Source: Halorussus marinus
GTDB lineage: Archaea; Halobacteriota; Halobacteria; Halobacteriales; Haladaptataceae
Direction: 5' to 3'
Assembly: GCF_004765795.1 (NCBI RefSeq)
Contig: NZ_SBIV01000004.1
Span: forward strand, 124,001-188,000
DNA length: 64,000 nt
Below are positions 59,815-64,000 of this stretch, piece after piece. The translations under genes and the position numbers were made by a program. Each line of letters starts with the position of its first letter. Positions within the stretch are counted from its first letter, which is position 1. A model generated the notes under the pieces. The model had not been told where the DNA came from. It searched no databases and saw only the letters and a program-made list of their open reading frames with translations.

Positions 59815-60243
59815 CTACCGCACGACCGTCACCGGCTTCGTCGCGCGCCGGACCACCGTCTCGGCGACGCTACCGAGCAGGATTCGCGAGACCCCCGATC
59901 GGCCGTGGCTCCCCATGACGATCTGGTCGATTCCTTCCTCGTCGGCGTACTCCACGATGACGCTGGCGGGGCGGCCCATCTCGGTGACGGGGTTCAGGGT
60001 GACGTCGTACTCGTCGGCGGTCTCCTGTGCTCCCTCGAACAGCGATTCGCTCTGCTCGCGGGCGTTCTCGTACCACTCCTCGGAGCCGCCGGGCATCCCC
60101 ACCGGGGCGTTGTAGCCGGCGTCGATGGGGTCGATGACGTTGAGCACGGTGATCGTGTCGTCGGCGAACTCTTCGAGCGCGAAGTTGAGCGCGGTTCTCG
60201 ACTGCTCGGAGCCGTCGATCGGGACGAGTATCTCTTTGCTCAT
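59815..60243 (-). CDS. Universal stress protein
   Basis: ILVPIDGS, IVMGSHGRSG..RILLGSVAE.VVR…PVTVVR. Confidence 0.95.
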   Translation of the reverse strand: MSKEILVPIDGSEQSRTALNFALEEFADDTITVLNVIDPIDAGYNAPVGMPGGSEEWYENAREQSESLFEGAQETADEYDVTLNPVTEMGRPASVIVEYADEEGIDQIVMGSHGRSGVSRILLGSVAETVVRRATKPVTVVR

Positions 60244-60425
60244 GGCCACGGGTAGACACGGCGTTCATTTAACTCTACATGTCGCCGTCGCGAGTCGAGA
60301 ACGGCGACAGGCCCGGGCGGGGAGTCGGCTTCGCTCGCCCGTCGGGTCGCTCCGAGAGAGCGGCGTTGGGCGCCTCGCTACTCGCGGTTTCACCGCTCGT
60401 GTTCCCGTGAGCCGGCCGGCTCACG

Positions 60426-62219
60426 CTACTCCCGGCCGTGTTTGGTCACGCACTTGGGCAAGCCGGTGATCTCGACCGGCTCGGAGTTGTCCGGCGAGTA
60501 AACCACCATCTGGCCCTTCTCCATGTACGGCACTTTCCCTTCCAGCTTCGAGGGGATGTTGACGCTCTTGATCGCGTCCTCGTCGCCGAGGTTCAGCACG
60601 ATCGTGGTGTTGATCTGCTTGAACACCGCCTCGTGGATGTCTTGGGGGTCCTGGGTGATGAGAAACAGGCCCAGACGCTCCTTGCGGCCCTGCTTTGCGG
60701 CCTCGGTGAACTTCCCGATGACCTTCCGGGCCTGCACGCTGTCGGCGTCGGTCAGGAAGTTGTGGGCCTCGTCCATCCCGACCACGAGCGGCGTCTCCTT
60801 CACGCGGTCGTACCGGGGCGCGTTCGAGAGCTTCTCGTCGACGAGCAGGCTGGCGAGCGCCAGCACCACCACCTCGGTCGCCCGCGAGTCGTTGACGTGA
60901 TAGGTCGGCACCACGGTGAGCCCGCCGGGCCGGACGAACCGGCGTATCTGGTCGGTGATCGGTCGGGCGTCCTGATCGAACACGTCGTGGAACGCCGAGC
61001 CGATGACCCGGCGCTTGACCGCGTCGTAGGTGGCCTCGTGGACTCGGCCCGACTCGTCGAGTTCCTCGCGGAGCGCGGGGTCGTCGACGTAGTCGACGAA
61101 CTGCCGGTAGGTCCCCGAATCGCCCGCCTGCTCGAAGAAGCGCTCGATGAGCAGTCTGAGCGCGTTGTACTGATTGTCGTTGAGGCTCGCGCCCGCGACC
61201 AGCCACGGCCGGCGCCGGACCATCGAGAAGGGGATGGTGAACTCGACCTGCTCGGCGCGGTGGTGGTCGGCGGCGTAGCCGCCGGCGCCGACCTTCGGCA
61301 CGAACGCGACGGTGTCGTCGTGGCCGCCGCAGGCGACGCCCTCTCGCTCCCACCGGCGGCGGTCGGCGTCGGTCACGTCCGGGTTGTCGTCGTGCATCTG
61401 GGCGTACTCGTCTTGGGGGTCGAACTGGACGACAGCGGCCCGGCGCTCGGCGCCGTCGGCCATCTCGTAGCGGCGCTCCTCGCCGAGGAACTGCCGGAGG
61501 ACGTTCTTCGCGCCGTGGGTCTTGCCCGACCCGGTGCCCCCGGCCACGAGGGTGTGACGGAACACGAGCGGATCGCCGTCGCCGTAGTCGTCTTTCAGCC
61601 GGTAGTCGATCGTGGGCGGCTCGGCGGCGGTCCGGACCTTCTCGCCGCCGACCGAGAGGTGGCCGAGGAACACGCCGTCTTCGGGCATCTTGAGCCCGGT
61701 CTTGATCTCGGGCTTGTCGTCGGCCTGCCGGACGACCGCCTTCGGCTTGGGGACCCGGTCGGTCATCCGGCGCTTGAGCTCGCCGTCGTCCGAGTAGAGG
61801 ACCGCGACCGGCTCCAGCGTGGCGAGGAGTTTGTAGTCGGTCTCCTCGATCTCCTCGCGGCGCATCGCGCGCTTGGAGTGAATCTCGGTCGCGTCGTCGA
61901 CGCGGTACTCCTGCTCGTACGAGAGCGCCGAGACGCGACAGAACAACTTCTCGTCGTCGGGGTAGGGCGCGAGGAGGTAGGTGCCGACGCGCACGTCGTC
62001 GCGGTTGTCGGCTGTCACGTACGCCCGGAGGTGGGTCTCGTCGGACTCCTCGCTGATACGGAGGCCGTCGGCCGCCGAGAGGGTGCCGATGCCGCGGTCG
62101 CTCCCGACGGGGTCGGGCTCGATCCGCTCGAACGTGTCGCCCTCGTCGGCGGCGCCGTCCGCGGGATCGGACCCGGAGGCGTCGCCCTCGAAGCTCTCGA
62201 AGTCGCCGAGGTCGGTCAT
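60426..62219 (-). CDS. herA: HerA-family helicase/ATPase
   Basis: N-terminal barrel region, HTLVAGGTGSGKT, FDPQDEY, MDEAHNF, KQGRKERLGLFLITQ.P. Confidence 0.85.
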   Translation of the reverse strand: MTDLGDFESFEGDASGSDPADGAADEGDTFERIEPDPVGSDRGIGTLSAADGLRISEESDETHLRAYVTADNRDDVRVGTYLLAPYPDDEKLFCRVSALSYEQEYRVDDATEIHSKRAMRREEIEETDYKLLATLEPVAVLYSDDGELKRRMTDRVPKPKAVVRQADDKPEIKTGLKMPEDGVFLGHLSVGGEKVRTAAEPPTIDYRLKDDYGDGDPLVFRHTLVAGGTGSGKTHGAKNVLRQFLGEERRYEMADGAERRAAVVQFDPQDEYAQMHDDNPDVTDADRRRWEREGVACGGHDDTVAFVPKVGAGGYAADHHRAEQVEFTIPFSMVRRRPWLVAGASLNDNQYNALRLLIERFFEQAGDSGTYRQFVDYVDDPALREELDESGRVHEATYDAVKRRVIGSAFHDVFDQDARPITDQIRRFVRPGGLTVVPTYHVNDSRATEVVVLALASLLVDEKLSNAPRYDRVKETPLVVGMDEAHNFLTDADSVQARKVIGKFTEAAKQGRKERLGLFLITQDPQDIHEAVFKQINTTIVLNLGDEDAIKSVNIPSKLEGKVPYMEKGQMVVYSPDNSEPVEITGLPKCVTKHGRE

Positions 62220-62302
62220 CGTTCCCGACGACGAACCCCTCGGTCAAACACGTTTCGCCGTCAGTCGCGCTCCTTTTACCTCCGGGCGCCCTATCGGAGG
62301 CC

Positions 62303-62653
62303 ATGTTACTCATCCGCGGCGAAGGCGGGGGGACGACCCTGACGGGGACGCTGTACGAGCGCGGGGAGCGCGCGCCGCGGTTCAAGGGCGCGCCCGACGA
62401 GGACGCCCCCTACGTGTGGGTCTGCGACGAGTTCTACGAGGTCGAGAGCGGCGGGACCGTCCAGAAGGTCAACGGCGAGGAGGTCAACGTCGCGTTCGAG
62501 TCGCCGATGCCCCGAGGGTTCGACACGAAAGAACAGGCGACCCAGGCCGCCCGCGAGCACGTCAAGACCCAGTTCGCCCGCATCGGGGTCGATCCCGAGG
62601 ACGTGACCATCACCGTCGAGAAGTCCGAACACGAGGCCGCCGAGCCACAGTAG
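62303..62653 (+). CDS. Conserved hypothetical protein
   Basis: MLLIRGEGGGTTLTGTLYERGE…YVWVCDEFYEV…; GGAGG upstream; typical codon usage. Confidence 0.8.
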   Translation: MLLIRGEGGGTTLTGTLYERGERAPRFKGAPDEDAPYVWVCDEFYEVESGGTVQKVNGEEVNVAFESPMPRGFDTKEQATQAAREHVKTQFARIGVDPEDVTITVEKSEHEAAEPQ

Positions 62654-62704
62654 TCGGGTCCGCGCGGGCCAAGCCTATTTTTGCCGGGCGACCCAAACGC
62701 CGGC

Positions 62705-62845
62705 GTGAAGCTATCCACGACGCTGATCGCGGTCGGCCTGCTGTTGATCGTGCTCCCGATCCCGATCCTGCCGCCGTTCGTCGGCGCGACGGTCGGGGTC
62801 GTCCTCCTGCTCGGCGGGCTCGGCCTGCGGCTGTTCGGCCTCTGA
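62705..62845 (+). CDS. Small two-TM hairpin protein (46 aa, below the ORF-track cut-off)
   Basis: GTG…TGA reading MKLSTTLIAVGLLLIVLPIPILPPFVGATVGVVLLLGGLGLRLFGL; TATTTTT about 25 nt upstream. Confidence 0.7.
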   Translation: MKLSTTLIAVGLLLIVLPIPILPPFVGATVGVVLLLGGLGLRLFGL

Positions 62846-62903
62846 GCCCGGCCGCGGGGCGGCGACCATTTATCTCGGCTCGGCCCGAACCGGGAGCCAG
62901 ACA

Positions 62904-63365
62904 GTGACGCTCGCTCTTCCCGACGACGTCCGCGAGGAGATACTCGCACACGCCCGCGAGGGCGCGCCCGAGGAGGTGTGTGGCATCCTCGCGGGCAGGC
63001 GCGACGGCGACGACGCGGAGGTCCTCGCGCGCCATCCGGCCGCAAACGCCGCCGCCGACCCGCGGACGCGCTACGAGATCGCCGCGCGCGAACAGCTCGA
63101 ACTGCTGGAGGCGATCGACGAGGCCGGCCGCGAGGTGGTCGGGTTCTACCACTCGCACCCGCGCGGGCCGGCCGAGCCGAGCGCGACCGACGCCGCCGAG
63201 GCGACCTGGCCCGGCCGGTCGTACGTCATCGCCGTCCCCGGAGAGTCGGGCGGCGGCGAGGCCGACGATCCGACCCCGAGCGCTCTCAGATCGTGGCGCT
63301 GGACGGGCGAGCGCTTCGTCGCCGAGGACGTCCGGTCGACCGAGGCCTCGGACCCGGACGCCTGA
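62904..63365 (+). CDS. JAMM/MPN+ metalloprotease (desampylase-like)
   Basis: E.CGIL and GFYHSHP…PS.TD JAMM motif. Confidence 0.92.
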   Translation: MTLALPDDVREEILAHAREGAPEEVCGILAGRRDGDDAEVLARHPAANAAADPRTRYEIAAREQLELLEAIDEAGREVVGFYHSHPRGPAEPSATDAAEATWPGRSYVIAVPGESGGGEADDPTPSALRSWRWTGERFVAEDVRSTEASDPDA

Positions 63366-63409
63366 GCCGTTGAGGTACAGTTTTACCCCCGGAACCCCAC
63401 GCTTCGACT

Positions 63410-64000
63410 ATGCAAGCCGTCCAGTTCACCGACCACGGTGACCGCGACGTCATCGAGTACGGCGACTTCCCGGACCCGACGCCGGACCGCGACGAAGTGC
63501 TCGTGGACGTGAAGGCGGGCGCGCTCAACCACCTCGACGTCTGGACCCGGAAGGGGCTCCCGGGCGTCGACCTCGAACTGCCCCACGTCCCCGGTAGCGA
63601 CGCGGCGGGCGTCGTGCTCGAAGTCGGCGAGGACGTGACCCGGTTCGAGCCCGGCGACCGGGTGGCGCTGTCGGCCGGCGTCTCCTGTGGCCACTGCGAG
63701 TTCTGCCGGCACGGCGAACACTCGCTGTGTGAGAACTACCACATCATCGGCGAACACGTCCGGGGGGTCCACGGCGAGATGGCCGCGGTGCCCGCCGCCA
63801 ACCTCGTCTCGGTCCCGCAGGGCGTGTCGTGGAACGTCGCGGCGGCCGCCCCGCTGGTGTTCCAGACCGCGTGGCGGATGCTGGTGACCCGGGCGGACGT
63901 CGACCCCGGCGAGAAAGTCCTCGTGCTCGGGGCGTCGGGCGGCGTGGGCCACGCCGCGGTCCAGATCGCCGACTACCTCGGCGCGACCGTCTTCGCGACC
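63410..64000 (+). CDS. Zinc-binding medium-chain dehydrogenase/quinone reductase (5' part, truncated)
   Basis: MQAVQF…LNHLDVW…PGSDAAG…CGHCEFC…C…VLGASGGVG; runs off the window. Confidence 0.9.
   Translation, partial: MQAVQFTDHGDRDVIEYGDFPDPTPDRDEVLVDVKAGALNHLDVWTRKGLPGVDLELPHVPGSDAAGVVLEVGEDVTRFEPGDRVALSAGVSCGHCEFCRHGEHSLCENYHIIGEHVRGVHGEMAAVPAANLVSVPQGVSWNVAAAAPLVFQTAWRMLVTRADVDPGEKVLVLGASGGVGHAAVQIADYLGATVFAT

Noticed and set aside
60290..60425. GC-rich hairpin-like intergenic stretch after herA as a fifth repeat copy
   Set aside because: Contains TCGCT-type words but lacks the A-run/ATGAAAA boundary and the GTCACCCCCTCAG block; I could not align it
60426..63365. HerA + JAMM as an anti-phage (CBASS/Nezha-like) system
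   Set aside because: Genes are on opposite strands with host-like GC and resemble housekeeping HerA and desampylase; no cyclase, E1/E2 or Sir2 present

Overview
High-GC chromosomal DNA from a halophilic archaeon (class Halobacteria), judged from acidic proteins, archaeal priS/GINS/radB/rps8e/mptA genes and TATA-box promoters just upstream of start codons. Mostly core genes: rtcB-archease, GNAT-priS-GINS, two cdc48 paralogues, purM, class II ribonucleotide reductase, trpDFEG, tRNA-Val(GAC), phoU-pstSCAB-phoU, larC, radB, rps8e, mptA, NAD kinase, a KaiC-like ATPase, HerA and a JAMM desampylase. No CRISPR array, integrase, transposase or intein was seen. The most notable items are: (1) a 373-bp transposase-less cassette (5917-6289) with 17-bp terminal inverted repeats and an 8-bp target duplication, carrying a small membrane-protein gene with its own promoter; (2) a dispersed family of hairpin repeats anchored at stop codons, with a conserved scaffold and interchangeable internal stems; (3) a CBS + HPF-like fusion, a probable energy-sensing ribosome hibernation factor; (4) a candidate stand-alone sRNA (about 28066-28158, minus strand); (5) an HSR1-type CTAAC-N5-GTTAG box before hsp20-cdc48; (6) a PyrF paralogue with degenerate catalytic residues; (7) a kinase-less sensor-domain/ArsR/DUF4097 envelope module. 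All family assignments come from motif recognition by eye, not from database searches, and several start codons were re-chosen relative to the ORF track.
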